From positions 9,586 through 73,585 of the forward strand of contig JAWSUX010000015.1 of assembly GCA_033852215.1 (NCBI GenBank): a DNA stretch of 64,000 nt. Direction: 5' to 3'. Position numbers and translations under genes: made by a program. A model generated the notes under the pieces. The model was not told the origin of the DNA. It made no database searches and saw only the letters and a program-made list of their open reading frames with translations. Shown piece by piece: positions 10,821 through 21,892 of this stretch. Source of the DNA: Colwellia sp. Lineage in GTDB: Bacteria; Pseudomonadota; Gammaproteobacteria; Enterobacterales; Alteromonadaceae. Numbering within the stretch: the first letter of the stretch is position 1; every line of letters starts with the position of its first letter.

Positions 10821-11903
10821 CTATTTTAGCTTTTTGGGGCCTGGTTTTCGTTTTTCTAGCCTGCCTGCTATTCCCTGGGGGAAAAAATAGACACTTAGAA
10901 TAAATACGATTCCCAGCCAAAATAGCCAGCGCTCGTGCTCAAAAAGGACAGAGAAGGGCGTGTCGACTGTTGCACTGGTCGCAAAATTTAAAATAGTTGG
11001 AATGTAGTTTTGAGCAACGATGATAATCGCAACTCCAAATACTGCGCCGTATATTGTACCCATCCCGCCGATAACAACCATTAACAAAATATCGATCATG
11101 ATTTGCATGGTAATAGTGGTTTCAGTGCTGATGTATCGATTGGTGATCGCAAGCATTACACCGGCAAAAGTAGCAAAGCAAGCCGACATAACCAGTATGG
11201 AAATCACGTAAGTATTGGAGGTGTAGCCTAGGGCGTTTGTTCTAAATTCATTCTCACGAATAGCGGTGAGAATTCTTCCGAACGGTGATTTTGTGATTCG
11301 CAGCATCGCCAGAATCATGACGAAGGTAAAACTGAATACCATGTAAAAGGAGATCAATTTGCCATTTATCCAAACACCAAAAAACTTTTCTTCCAGCAGC
11401 TTAAAGGTTGGGGTGAGCGGGCTAGGCACTTTAATGTGCATGCCATCTTCGCCGCCGGTTAGGCCAATATTTTGATTGATAAAGACTGCAAATGCGCTGG
11501 CTATGGCGAGCGTGATCATGGCAAAAAATATGCGTTTGACTCTAAAACTTACGAGGCCCAAGAAAAACGCAACGATAGCGCTTAATATTAATGAACATAT
11601 ACAACCAAAAATAATGGCGAGCCAGTTCGAACCAAAAACCTGAACCGACATAGCCACGCCGTATGCGCCTAAGGCAAAGAATATAGTATGGGCAAAAGAG
11701 ATAATGCCGGTATAACCAATCAATAAATCGTAGCTGGCAACGAGCAAAATGAAGATACAAATTTTTGCTGAAATCCCGAGTACCTTTGTCCCGCCAAATA
11801 ACCAAGGGTTAAGTAGTAAGCAAAAGATCACCAGCAATAGCCCCAATTGCACTAAGCGGTTTTTAGGAAGACTTTCTGAAAATAGCGAACGAAGCACTAA
11901 CAA
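10821..11903 (-). CDS. livM: Branched-chain amino acid-type ABC permease (LivM-like)
   Basis: GYTGIISFAH, TGGEDG, SPFGRILTAIRENE, GGMGTIYGA. Confidence 0.88.
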   Translation of the reverse strand: MLVLRSLFSESLPKNRLVQLGLLLVIFCLLLNPWLFGGTKVLGISAKICIFILLVASYDLLIGYTGIISFAHTIFFALGAYGVAMSVQVFGSNWLAIIFGCICSLILSAIVAFFLGLVSFRVKRIFFAMITLAIASAFAVFINQNIGLTGGEDGMHIKVPSPLTPTFKLLEEKFFGVWINGKLISFYMVFSFTFVMILAMLRITKSPFGRILTAIRENEFRTNALGYTSNTYVISILVMSACFATFAGVMLAITNRYISTETTITMQIMIDILLMVVIGGMGTIYGAVFGVAIIIVAQNYIPTILNFATSATVDTPFSVLFEHERWLFWLGIVFILSVYFFPQGIAGRLEKRKPGPKKLK

Positions 11904-11907
11904 GCAC

Positions 11908-12939
11908 CTACTTATTTAAAGGGATGAGGCCACGGGGGCGCCAAATTAATATTACTATCATCAAGGTAATGGTGGAGTAATGCACGAAATCCTGAGCGAT
12001 ATAGCCGACATAATTAGATAATAAGCCCACCAGCAGGGCGGTGACAAAGCAGCCCATTATAGAGCCCAAGCCACCACAGATAGCAATGATAAAGACAGCG
12101 ACCATCATGCTTTGCCCGAGTTGGGCGGATACCTCTTCTTCGTGGAAGCTCCACAATACCCCCCCTAAGGCAGCTAAAGCAGCTCCAGCAACAAATACAG
12201 CCGTGAACAGCATACTAACGTTGTAGCCGAAGGATTCGACCATTTCACGGTTTTCTACGCCCGCTCTAATGACTAGGCCTATCTTGGTTTTTTTGAATAT
12301 GAGAAGGAGAGAAGCAAAGAGTAGTAAACCGGTGACCAAAGCGAGCATTCGATATTTTTCAAAGATGAAATCATCACTGGACCATCCTCCCCTGAGTGCG
12401 AGAGGTTTGGGAACGATAACGCTTTCGCTGCCCCATATCATGTAAATGATCTGTTCAATAACGATGAGGCCTCCAATGGTGACCAGTATTTGCATCAATT
12501 CATTTTTATAAACCCGACGAATCAATAATCGCTCAAATATTACGGCCACGACGCTAACAATGATCATGGCAAAAGCCGCAGCGCCAGCCACGAGTAAAAG
12601 GTTTAGATAAATATTGTCATACATCAATGCGGGGATGTTTTGGTTAACGATTACAAAACCACAGTAAGCACCCAAGCTGATAAATATGCTGTGGCCAAAA
12701 TTGAGAACACCCATTAAACCGAATACTAGATTGAAGCCTGCTGTCATGATGAATAGCATCATTCCGGTGGCCAGTCCCGCTATGGTGAGCGTTAGCCAGC
12801 TAGAGATATCGGGTATACAGCCAAAGAATACAACCATAATGCAAGGTAGCAAGAGCCAGGCGGCTGTATCTTGGTGCGTCCACCATTCAACGCCTATTGG
12901 GGTGGGTAAGTCGGTTTGGCGAAGTTTTAATTTATTCAT
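11908..12939 (-). CDS. livH: Branched-chain amino acid-type ABC permease (LivH-like)
   Basis: GLMGVLNFGH, TKIGLVIRA, GGLGS, RPRGL. Confidence 0.88.
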   Translation of the reverse strand: MNKLKLRQTDLPTPIGVEWWTHQDTAAWLLLPCIMVVFFGCIPDISSWLTLTIAGLATGMMLFIMTAGFNLVFGLMGVLNFGHSIFISLGAYCGFVIVNQNIPALMYDNIYLNLLLVAGAAAFAMIIVSVVAVIFERLLIRRVYKNELMQILVTIGGLIVIEQIIYMIWGSESVIVPKPLALRGGWSSDDFIFEKYRMLALVTGLLLFASLLLIFKKTKIGLVIRAGVENREMVESFGYNVSMLFTAVFVAGAALAALGGVLWSFHEEEVSAQLGQSMMVAVFIIAICGGLGSIMGCFVTALLVGLLSNYVGYIAQDFVHYSTITLMIVILIWRPRGLIPLNK

Positions 12940-13657
12940 TTTGACTGGCCAGGTTTAAGCCCAAGTAGTTTTTTTGCAAATCTTCATTGGCTGAAAATTC
13001 CGCCACAGGGGCTTGATATACCACTCGCCCGTTGTCCATTACGATTACATGGTCACCAATATCGGTGGCAAATTTGAAATCATGTTCAACGATTAGCATG
13101 GTTGTTTTAAGTTGCTTCAGTTCTTGTAAAACTTCGATCAGTAAGTCGACAATAAAAGGCGCCAGCCCCTTGCTGGGTTCGTCCATTATGAGAATCTTGG
13201 TTGGCTCTATCAATGCGCGAGAGATTGCTAACATTTGTTTCTGACCGCCAGACAGCCTGTCGGCGGGCCAAAACCAAAACTTTTTAATTTCTGGGAATAT
13301 GCCGAATATCCAATTTAATCGTTCAAAGTCGAGGCCCCCATGTTTGGCCGCAATTCTCATATTTTCCTCAACCGTTAGCGAATTAAAAATCCCTAAGTTT
13401 TCGGGAATATAGCTAATGCCTTTATTGGAGATTTCGTGGGTGTGAAGCGCTTCAGTTGGCTCTCCAAATAAAAGGATTTCCCCTGATTTTGAGGGCGCCA
13501 TTTTCATGATGCTGCGCAGGGTTGTTGTTTTACCCGCTCCATTGCGACCGAGCAATATGGTCACTTCGTTTTCAGGGACCTGAAACGAGACGCCTTGAAG
13601 TATGTGGTAATGGTCGACGTATGTGTTGACATCGTTTAGCTGGAGAGCAATATTCAT
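12932..13657 (-). CDS. livF: ABC ATPase (LivF-like)
   Basis: GRNGAGKTT, LSGGQKQM, MDEPSKGLAP. Confidence 0.9.
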   Translation of the reverse strand: MNIALQLNDVNTYVDHYHILQGVSFQVPENEVTILLGRNGAGKTTTLRSIMKMAPSKSGEILLFGEPTEALHTHEISNKGISYIPENLGIFNSLTVEENMRIAAKHGGLDFERLNWIFGIFPEIKKFWFWPADRLSGGQKQMLAISRALIEPTKILIMDEPSKGLAPFIVDLLIEVLQELKQLKTTMLIVEHDFKFATDIGDHVIVMDNGRVVYQAPVAEFSANEDLQKNYLGLNLASQNE

Positions 13658-14442
13658 GAAACGAATTTAGTCCCCGCATTGGTTGAAACCCCGAGGTAGG
13701 CACTTTGCACCTGAGGGGAATTCATTACATCACCAAAATCGCCATCGGCTAACAATCGTCCGTTATGCAATACAATGACCCGTTCAGCTAATGTTCGAAC
13801 AATGTCCATTTTATGCTCGATAAGAATAACAATGGATTCCTTGGCTTGGCGAATCGATGAGATGAGTTCTAGGATGCCGGGAACCTCTTCCATACTCATA
13901 CCGGTTGTGGGTTCATCGAACATATATACCTTAGGGCTTAGGGCCATTAGCATGCCAACCTCAAGACGACGCTGCCCCCCGTGTGATAGGTTTTTAGCGA
14001 GAAGCTCACGGTCATCGATGAGATTGACGCGACACAAGTAATCTTCTGCAAGTTCGGAAATTTCCGATATGCTGCTACTCAGCGTCCAAAATTGATGGCA
14101 GAGGTTAAGGCGGGCTTGCACGGAAATACAAATGTTTTCAAAAACGCTAAGGCCGGGGAACAGGTGTGTCCTTTGAAATGCGCGACCAATACCTATTCTC
14201 GTCCGTTGGGACGCTGTCTTTTTGGTGATATCTGTTCCATTGAAGATAATGGAGCCGCTGCTTGGCCGTAGTTGCCCCGATAACAAATTGAACAGAGTGG
14301 ATTTGCCAGCGCCGTTTGGGCCGATAAGCGCGGTCAGTTGCCCCGAGTGAAATTCACAATTAACGTTGTTAACAGCTACCTGCCCGCCGAACTGCATGCT
14401 TAGGTCAGTAGCCGATAATAGAAGCGCTTTATTTGTCGTCAA
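13654..14442 (-). CDS. livG: ABC ATPase (LivG-like)
   Basis: GPNGAGKST, LSHGGQRRLE, FDEPTTGM, VQSAYLG. Confidence 0.9.
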   Translation of the reverse strand: MTTNKALLLSATDLSMQFGGQVAVNNVNCEFHSGQLTALIGPNGAGKSTLFNLLSGQLRPSSGSIIFNGTDITKKTASQRTRIGIGRAFQRTHLFPGLSVFENICISVQARLNLCHQFWTLSSSISEISELAEDYLCRVNLIDDRELLAKNLSHGGQRRLEVGMLMALSPKVYMFDEPTTGMSMEEVPGILELISSIRQAKESIVILIEHKMDIVRTLAERVIVLHNGRLLADGDFGDVMNSPQVQSAYLGVSTNAGTKFVS

Positions 14443-14747
14443 AAACAGGGTTCTCCGCAGATCTTATTATTATAATACACGTTCAAGTGATGTGGTTTTA
14501 GCCTGTACCTCTCTCTCTCTAGTTGTTCCGTTGATTAGCGACTGTTCATAAGTCGCAGCCTACTGAGGGGGTATTAAAAACGCCATTTTTACACCACAAA
14601 TTATCGTTGTTTGGAATGACCGAACGCCCAGCCCTTGTGATGTAAACCTGATATTTTAAATGTACTCTCGCAACGACTGGCCCGACGCTATTAATGGTTG
14701 GGCACTCATTAGGCTTGTAAAAAAATGATGCTTTGAGTATCTCTCAA

Positions 14748-15956
14748 TCAATAATGGGCGCGTATGGGAACGTTCATTTCTTCAGCGGATATTTCACGTA
14801 CCAATTTAGGAATTCCCCAGAAGACGTCTTTTTCAATTGCTATCTTGAAGTGATACATCGCTTGCATCGCCTGATGATCTTCTTTGCGTATTTTCATTTC
14901 GCCTTTTGGTGTTTGGAAAACCATGCCCTCGGCAGCTGCGATAATATCGTCTGTCTTTAAACTCTTGGCGTTTCTTAGAGCCTCTACAATTGCAATGCCG
15001 GTTGTCATCCCACTTGCTGTAAACATATCGGGAGGGTAGAAAAACCTTTCTTGATGCACTTTAACGAGCCAGTCGTTAACTTCGTTGTCAGGATTTTCAT
15101 AGTAATAGTATGTTGCGCCTTCCATGCCTGGAAACTGTTTGTAGGCAACTAACCCTGCAAATATATGGCCTCCAGTGGAGTAGCGGATATTATAACGTTC
15201 AGGGTTCATTCCCTTTATCTTGCCAAGAGGGTTTCCCATGCCACTCCAAAAAAAGAAAATAAACCGCTCACCATCGTAATGCCGAAGCGCATCAAAAATT
15301 CGCTGTCCTTGTGCGGTAAAATCTTTTGTTGTTGATGGCGCGTACTCTTCGTGGACCAGTTTAGCGCCTGTACTTTCGAGTGCAGCTTTATAAGCTGCAA
15401 CACCGTCTCGACCAAACGCGTAATCGGGTGCCAGTGTTGCGACATAAACTCCCGGTTTTCCTATGGCGAGCGCATTTGAAATAGCGTCTTGGCTGGAGTT
15501 TCGAGAAGTTCTAAATATATAACGACTGCCGTTTTTTCCGGTGATGCTATCGGCAACAGCGGGTTCAACGAAAAGTACCTTTTGATACTCTTCTGCAATG
15601 GGGAGCATGGCAAGTGCGACAGATGATTTGATTCCACCAACGGCGAGCGTTACTTCATCGTCGGCATAGGCCTCCTCAAGCAGCGTTCGACCCAGGTCTG
15701 TTTTTAACTGCGAGTCTTTAACTAAAACTTCGATTTTCCGACCGCGAACCATAAATGTTCCGTTGGTCGCGTATTCGACCCCCAGCATCAAGCCATCGTG
15801 GGATTGTTTTCCGTAAAGTTCATAAGGTCCGGTTTTGCCGTAAACGTGAGCAATTTTTATAGGTTTGGTCGACTCGGCATTAGCTAGGCCGTATATACAG
15901 ATGAGAAAAAGATAGGCAGCTAGTCGTATATGCCAAATTTTGTTCGACGAATGCAC
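14748..15956 (-). CDS. Periplasmic substrate-binding protein of the Liv-type (HAAT) transporter
   Basis: Signal peptide, GKTGP, AVADSITG, RYIFRT, DYAFGRDG, TPKG; first gene of the cluster. Confidence 0.88.
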   Translation of the reverse strand: MHSSNKIWHIRLAAYLFLICIYGLANAESTKPIKIAHVYGKTGPYELYGKQSHDGLMLGVEYATNGTFMVRGRKIEVLVKDSQLKTDLGRTLLEEAYADDEVTLAVGGIKSSVALAMLPIAEEYQKVLFVEPAVADSITGKNGSRYIFRTSRNSSQDAISNALAIGKPGVYVATLAPDYAFGRDGVAAYKAALESTGAKLVHEEYAPSTTKDFTAQGQRIFDALRHYDGERFIFFFWSGMGNPLGKIKGMNPERYNIRYSTGGHIFAGLVAYKQFPGMEGATYYYYENPDNEVNDWLVKVHQERFFYPPDMFTASGMTTGIAIVEALRNAKSLKTDDIIAAAEGMVFQTPKGEMKIRKEDHQAMQAMYHFKIAIEKDVFWGIPKLVREISAEEMNVPIRAHY

Positions 15957-16504
15957 AGTAACTCCCCCAATTTGGTAGCTAAATCAACGGCTTAGCGATA
16001 TGCGCGCAAGGTTATCATAATTATAGTCTTTACTGGTCTAAGAAGGCGTCAAAACCCTGGTGATGTGAGCTGATACTCGTAAATGGGGTTTTCATCAATT
16101 GATGAGGGGTGGGGGCTGCAGGCGCCTGCAATATTGACGCGTCATTTCTTGCAATATCTGGGTGGTATTGTGCGTCTCCAGTTAAGATGCACTAAAATAA
16201 AACGGGGTGTAGTGGCTTTATCGTTATTGGTATGCAGTGAAGGTAGCTGTTACGCGCGTAACTGCTAGTCCCTCAATATAGGCCAAACTACCCAGTCTCA
16301 GTGCAATGGTGTCCCCATAAACAGGCGCCTAGTACGCTAAAATTTAAACGGCTATCTGCGCACCAATGGGTAGGACGATTTGCAATGAGAAAATGCCCTG
16401 ATCTGGTAGCGCAAACCTAATTATTTAAATTCCACCTCGCGAAGATATTGTTTATAGATGAACACGCTACATACACATTTAATCGCCTTTAAAACGCCGT
16501 AAAT

Positions 16505-17572
16505 ATGACAGTGATGGTACAGAAGAAATGTTTGGCGAGTGGCGGATTACGATTTGTTTGTCTGTTAATTTTCTTGAGCTTGCTCAGCTCAGCAGGCTTT
16601 ACAGCCGACACCGTTAACTTCGCTAAAAGGATACTCGTTATTGATTCTCAGTTGGGAGACCCCTATCAGTCTGTCAGAGAATCCATGTTATTGGAGCTTG
16701 AAAGACTTGGGTATACCAAAGCATCTGGCTTTTCTTATGAGTATTACTCGCTTTCTCATTATCCTGGAGCTGCGATGAGCCTCTGGAGCCACCGGATTAA
16801 AAAACTAGATTACGACCTTATTTTTATAACCGGGACTTTAGCCTGTAAATCCTTTCGCGAAATTGCTTGGCAGTCTACTGGGCATACATTTTTATTTGCT
16901 GTTGTGACAGACCCTGTTGGTTTGGGAGTCATCAAGGATTACGACCAACCGCCCAGCGGTAATTTTACCGGCGTAGGATTTCATATTCCGGTAGAGGACA
17001 GAATGAACTTTGTTCGTGAATTGATCCCCAGCGTTCAACATATCGGGCTTGTTCAGGCGGATATGCCGCAATCTCACAGTTATCATGCGTGGTTAAAGGC
17101 CGTTCTGAATAAACCAGAATGGTCGGACGTCACTTTACATTATCGGCAGGTGCCTTTTATTCCTAGCGAAGGGGGGCATAGGCGGATGGCGCAAACGGCT
17201 AAAAAATTTATTGAAGAGCTGGATCCTATTGTTGATGTGTTCCTAAGCGCATCGGATCAAATGGGCGCTCAGAGCCCATTTGCTAAACTAGTAGATAAGA
17301 TAGCGACTAAACCGCTAATTGGTATCGGGCGCCATGATGTTTTTGACAGCTGGGGTGCCACCGCATCGATTTACCCTGAAGAGAAAGCGTTGGGAATTCA
17401 AGCGGCAACGATGGCCAATAGGTTATTACAAGGCGAGCCTATCAAGAGCGTTTTTCCTGCTCAAGCGAAGGATTACGGTATTGCTATAGATAGTTTGAGG
17501 GCGAAAAAATTTGGAATTGTGATTTCAAATGAACTAAAACAAAAAGCTACACTCATTGATTCATCGCTGTGA
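16505..17572 (+). CDS. ABC_sub_bind-type periplasmic binding protein, paralog 1
   Basis: Signal peptide, VVTDPVGLG, GNFTGV, QAATMANRLLQG, AKKFGI. Confidence 0.8.
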   Translation: MTVMVQKKCLASGGLRFVCLLIFLSLLSSAGFTADTVNFAKRILVIDSQLGDPYQSVRESMLLELERLGYTKASGFSYEYYSLSHYPGAAMSLWSHRIKKLDYDLIFITGTLACKSFREIAWQSTGHTFLFAVVTDPVGLGVIKDYDQPPSGNFTGVGFHIPVEDRMNFVRELIPSVQHIGLVQADMPQSHSYHAWLKAVLNKPEWSDVTLHYRQVPFIPSEGGHRRMAQTAKKFIEELDPIVDVFLSASDQMGAQSPFAKLVDKIATKPLIGIGRHDVFDSWGATASIYPEEKALGIQAATMANRLLQGEPIKSVFPAQAKDYGIAIDSLRAKKFGIVISNELKQKATLIDSSL

Positions 17573-17665
17573 TTAAATGGTGGTATGTAGCTTAATATCG
17601 AAAATAGTGACGAAGTGCCGTAATATTAAACATTTGGTTATAGTTGTTTAGCATTAAAGGGTTTT

Positions 17666-18709
17666 ATGTCGAATAGGATTAGCGTTAAATTTTTTGTGAT
17701 TGGGCAAGCTTTATTGGTCGTGTTTTTGTGCGCTTTTGGCATTGCCGTCAGCGCAGAAACGCTCGACTTCAAAAAGAAATTATTGCTCATTGATTCCCAG
17801 GCCAGCTCTCCTTATGCCGAGGTGCGGGAGGCTATGTTGGCCGAATTGGATAATCTTGGCTATACCAAAGCCGCTGGTTTCAGCACAGAATACTATTCTT
17901 TAGCGAACTATGGTGGTGCAGCAAAAAGCTTGTGGCGGCATCGTATGCAAAGAATTGACTATGGTGCAATTTTTCTGAACGGGACTTTGGCTGTTTCATC
18001 GTTTAAAAATATTGCGTGGAACATCCCGAACTTCTCATTTGTTTTTGCAACAGTAACCGACCCTGTTGGTGTGGGGGTTGTCGATCAATATGATACTCCT
18101 CCAGTCGGGAATTTCACCGGCATCTCATTTCATGTTCCTATTGAAGTTCGCATGGGCTTTATTCGTCGATTGATGCCTAACGTTAAGAATATTGGGTTTG
18201 TATATGCTGATATGGCTCAATCTCACAGTTACCGGAAGTGGATAGAAGATCTTCTTAAGACCGACGAGTGGAAGGACGTTACCGTACATTTTCGTCAAGT
18301 GAACTTTATTCCTAGTGATGGTGGTCATCATCGCATGGCACAAATTGCAATGAAACATATTAAAGAGTTAGACCCTCTGGTGGATGTGTTTTTGGCTGCC
18401 AGTGACCAGATGGGGGCACAGAAACCTTTTGCCGAGGCAGTTGCAAAATCATCAAACAAGCCCTTAATCGGCTTAGGGCGAAAAGATGTCGTTGACAATT
18501 GGGGCGTAGTCGCTTCAATTTACCTAGATTATGACGGCATTGGAAGGCAGGCTGCTCAAATGGTTAAGCGAGTGTTTAGCGGTGAGAAGGTTGAAACCAT
18601 ATTTCCAGAGCGGCCTAAGAAGTTTGGCATTATTATCGATGAAGAAAAGGCAGCTAAATTTAATATTTCCATATCTGCTGATTTGCGAAAGGAAGCGGAG
18701 ATTCAGTAG
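17666..18709 (+). CDS. ABC_sub_bind-type periplasmic binding protein, paralog 2
   Basis: Signal peptide, TVTDPVGVG, GNFTG, IGRQAAQM. Confidence 0.8.
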   Translation: MSNRISVKFFVIGQALLVVFLCAFGIAVSAETLDFKKKLLLIDSQASSPYAEVREAMLAELDNLGYTKAAGFSTEYYSLANYGGAAKSLWRHRMQRIDYGAIFLNGTLAVSSFKNIAWNIPNFSFVFATVTDPVGVGVVDQYDTPPVGNFTGISFHVPIEVRMGFIRRLMPNVKNIGFVYADMAQSHSYRKWIEDLLKTDEWKDVTVHFRQVNFIPSDGGHHRMAQIAMKHIKELDPLVDVFLAASDQMGAQKPFAEAVAKSSNKPLIGLGRKDVVDNWGVVASIYLDYDGIGRQAAQMVKRVFSGEKVETIFPERPKKFGIIIDEEKAAKFNISISADLRKEAEIQ

Positions 18710-19474
18710 CGGCGTTTAACCGTCCTCGATTGTTTCACGCTATATTCCCCATTGAAGTCAGATGCTTTGTATTCAGCACCCCATGATTAGACGCTTTATT
18801 TAATCTTCGTTCTTTGTCTTCTTGTTTTGCTGTTGTTGGCCATAAACGCCTGAATAAGCATGTAAACCGGCATAGGCCGAATGGAGTAGGGGGCTCGTTG
18901 GGATAGGGTGGTGGTATAGGGGGGATATCAGCAAGTTTTATCGGGAGTTTGAGCTTCGGTTACGTCAGTCTTTCTGGGTTTGTGAGGTACCTTTTAGTCT
19001 AGGCGATTGGGCTAATACCATCCGTCACAAGCAGAGGGCAATCGTCTAAAGCGCTCAAGCCACAATCTTCGATTGAATTCTCGCCTCTGTTGCCCCTGAG
19101 GGCCTGCTAGACTAGTAGATTAGATAGTGGATAAACCGCTTATGGGTAGGGTGTTGCCTGTTCTTTTTGGCGACAGGAGTAATAAACATTCGCTATACCC
19201 AGATGAGACGCTGTTAAGGTGAACAGGCCACAGCAATGGTACTGATGAGGCTGTAAGAACGTTTCACCCTCTCACGCGAATGCGTGCTGCTTTGTTCTTG
19301 ATGTAGGGTGAGCTAAAATTTGAAATTATCATTTCAGATGAACAAAAGCAAAAAGTTACGCTGATGGTGTCATCTTTGTGATTATTTGATGTCTCGTAGG
19401 CTAATATCAAGGGTAGTGAATAATTATAGCGCGACTAAACTTTTGGTTATGGTTGTTGAGTATTAAAGGGTGTT

Positions 19475-20518
19475 ATGTCGAACAGGCTTAGAGTTGATTT
19501 TTTTGTGATTGGGCAGGCCTTGTTGGTTGTTGTTTTATGCGCCGCCGGGCTTGCGGTCAGCGCAGAAACACTCGACTTCAAAAAGAAATTACTACTCATT
19601 GATTCCCAGGCCAGCTCACCTTATGTCGAAGTGCGGGAGGCTTTGTTGGCTGAATTGGAAAATGTTGGCTATACCGAAGCCGCGGGTTTCACAACAGAAT
19701 ACTATTCATTAGGGAACTATGGTGGCGCAGCTAAAAGCTTGTGGCGGCATCGTATGCAAAAAGTTGATTATGATGCAATTTTTCTGAATGGCACCTTGGC
19801 GGTTTCATCGTTTAAAGACATTGCCTGGAATATCCCGAATTTCACCTTTGTTTATGCAACAGTAACGGACCCCATTGGTGTGGGGGTTGTCGATCAATAT
19901 GATGCTGCCCCAATCGGGAATTTTACGGGTGTTGCATTCCATGTCCCAATTGAAGTTCGTATGGGCTTTATTCGTCGGTTGATGCCGAACGTCAAAAATA
20001 TTGGGTTCATCTATGCCGATATGGCACAGTCTCATAGTTATAGGGCCTGGATGGAAGAGCTTCTTAAGACTGATGAGTGGAAGGGAATTACCGTACACTT
20101 TCGTAAAGTTAACTTTATTCCCAGCGATGGCGGCCATCACCGCATGGCTCAAATTGCGACAAAATATATCAAAGAACTCGATCCTATAGTGGATGTTTTT
20201 CTGGCTGCTAGTGACCAGATGGGAGCGCAAAAACCTTTTGCCGAATCCTTATCAAAATCATCAAGTAAGCCCTTAATCGGCTTAGGACGAAAAGATGTCG
20301 TTGACGATTGGGGAAGTGTGGCTTCGATTTTTCTAGATTATGATGGTATAGGGATGCAGGCTTCTGAAATGATAAAACGTGTCTTTAGTGGCGAGAGGGT
20401 TGACTCCATATTCCCTGAGCGGCCGAAGAAGTTTGGTATTATTATCGATGAAGAAAAGGCTGCTAAATTTAATATTTCCATATCTGCCGATTTGCGAAAG
20501 GATGCGGAGATTAGGTAG
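19475..20518 (+). CDS. ABC_sub_bind-type periplasmic binding protein, paralog 3
   Basis: Same length as paralog 2 and ~85% identical (51 differences in 347 aa by hand count); upstream ~80 bp also homologous. Confidence 0.8.
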   Translation: MSNRLRVDFFVIGQALLVVVLCAAGLAVSAETLDFKKKLLLIDSQASSPYVEVREALLAELENVGYTEAAGFTTEYYSLGNYGGAAKSLWRHRMQKVDYDAIFLNGTLAVSSFKDIAWNIPNFTFVYATVTDPIGVGVVDQYDAAPIGNFTGVAFHVPIEVRMGFIRRLMPNVKNIGFIYADMAQSHSYRAWMEELLKTDEWKGITVHFRKVNFIPSDGGHHRMAQIATKYIKELDPIVDVFLAASDQMGAQKPFAESLSKSSSKPLIGLGRKDVVDDWGSVASIFLDYDGIGMQASEMIKRVFSGERVDSIFPERPKKFGIIIDEEKAAKFNISISADLRKDAEIR

Positions 20519-20833
20519 GAGCGTTTGATCTATATTCTGTAAACATAAAAATAATTTGGCAGCTTATTCAGTAGATATTTTTTTAGGGGGAAGTCTTAAG
20601 CATGCTAATTCAGCGGCGCCATACAATTAGCCCGGCTGGGTATTCGTTTATATCCTAGCTTCTGCGCGGCAGTTTCAAATGGCTCTTTTCCTCCAACAAG
20701 AATTTGAATCCAAGAAGCCGTGCTGCAATGATAATATCTGTTTTATTCTTGCCTTTGAATTCGTCTGAATTATTTTGGTGTAATCCGTTTTCTTTGATTA
20801 GGGCAATGGCTGGCGGTATATTTTTTCTGTAAA

Positions 20834-21871
20834 TCACATCCCCCCCGAAAAGTTGTCGGTGCTGATTTCGCTTAACCGTGGCCGAATCGTATTTTCATAT
20901 TGGAGAGTGAGTTCTTCAGGTAGTGCGGATAGAAAATCGTCTGAGAATGAAAACTGTGGCAAATATTGCTTAAGTAAAAGAGAAAGCGCGATGGCTTGTT
21001 TCTCATCCTTTCTCTTCTTGAGTGGGTTTCTGTCGTTCCGCTTCGAGACCCAGAGCTTGTGAAGGCAAAAAATGCGCGGGTCAGGGCAGGCAAGCTCTAC
21101 GGGATAGCCCTGTGTATCTATGACTATTGATTTAACTGGGGGGTAAATGACAAGCCAGTCCTGCCCCTCTAGGGGGATGGGGCTCAGAAATCCCTTTGCG
21201 GTGGGAAATGTGACGTTATTGCCGGTTAGGAAGTCCACGACCATTCCTCGTGAGTTTCTTACCTGAAATCGGTTTTCAGCATTGACTGTGTAGGTGTCGT
21301 CAATAGCCTTCAGGTGCGTGAGGAGCTGAACGCTCGGCCTGCGCACCATAAACTCGACATCGTCATTTATAGGGTGCCACAGCAGATCCAAATCTTCGGT
21401 CCCCGCCAATTCAGAGTCGAACCAGCGCGCGGCCATAGTCTCATACGCATGGATCGCGTGTGTGCCAGCCACTATAAGAAAGTTACCGATTAAATCATTG
21501 ATAGCATATTCTCGAACGACTTTTGCAACCCCCGAAACCATTCGTCCTGAGCGGGCGGCTTTTAAAAGAGGCGCTCGCTCCGCAAGCCTGTTCTCTATGT
21601 CACGCAATTGATTTTTGTGGGTCGTTTTGTCGTTTTGGAATTGGGTGTAACGCGCTTCTGTTTCTGTAGATCGGGGCCCCAATGATTTTTGGTTTGTACC
21701 TCCTGATTGCCCATGAATCAAATATTCTTTGCCTCGGGTCGTTTTCCATCTCATCCATCCACGGGTTTCTAAGCTGTTGCGTTTGGCCTCCAGCCACTGC
21801 GAATAGTGATGTTCAGCATCGACAATGAGTCTGGATTGGTCATCGGTGAAGGGGGTTGTGCTGCGAAACAT
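20834..21871 (-). CDS. GSU2403-family / NTP_transf_8-like nucleotidyltransferase-fold protein
   Basis: GTHAIHAYE, TEDLDLLW (DxD), PDPRIFCLHKLWVS, RNPLKKRKDEKQA; N-terminal MRWK...EYL...KSLGPRS domain. Confidence 0.75.
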   Translation of the reverse strand: MFRSTTPFTDDQSRLIVDAEHHYSQWLEAKRNSLETRGWMRWKTTRGKEYLIHGQSGGTNQKSLGPRSTETEARYTQFQNDKTTHKNQLRDIENRLAERAPLLKAARSGRMVSGVAKVVREYAINDLIGNFLIVAGTHAIHAYETMAARWFDSELAGTEDLDLLWHPINDDVEFMVRRPSVQLLTHLKAIDDTYTVNAENRFQVRNSRGMVVDFLTGNNVTFPTAKGFLSPIPLEGQDWLVIYPPVKSIVIDTQGYPVELACPDPRIFCLHKLWVSKRNDRNPLKKRKDEKQAIALSLLLKQYLPQFSFSDDFLSALPEELTLQYENTIRPRLSEISTDNFSGGM

Positions 21872-21892
21872 ATGAATAGGCCCGTTTTATAT

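Noticed and set aside
19241-19270. CTGATGAG as a hammerhead ribozyme core
   Set aside because: No stem II followed by GAAA.
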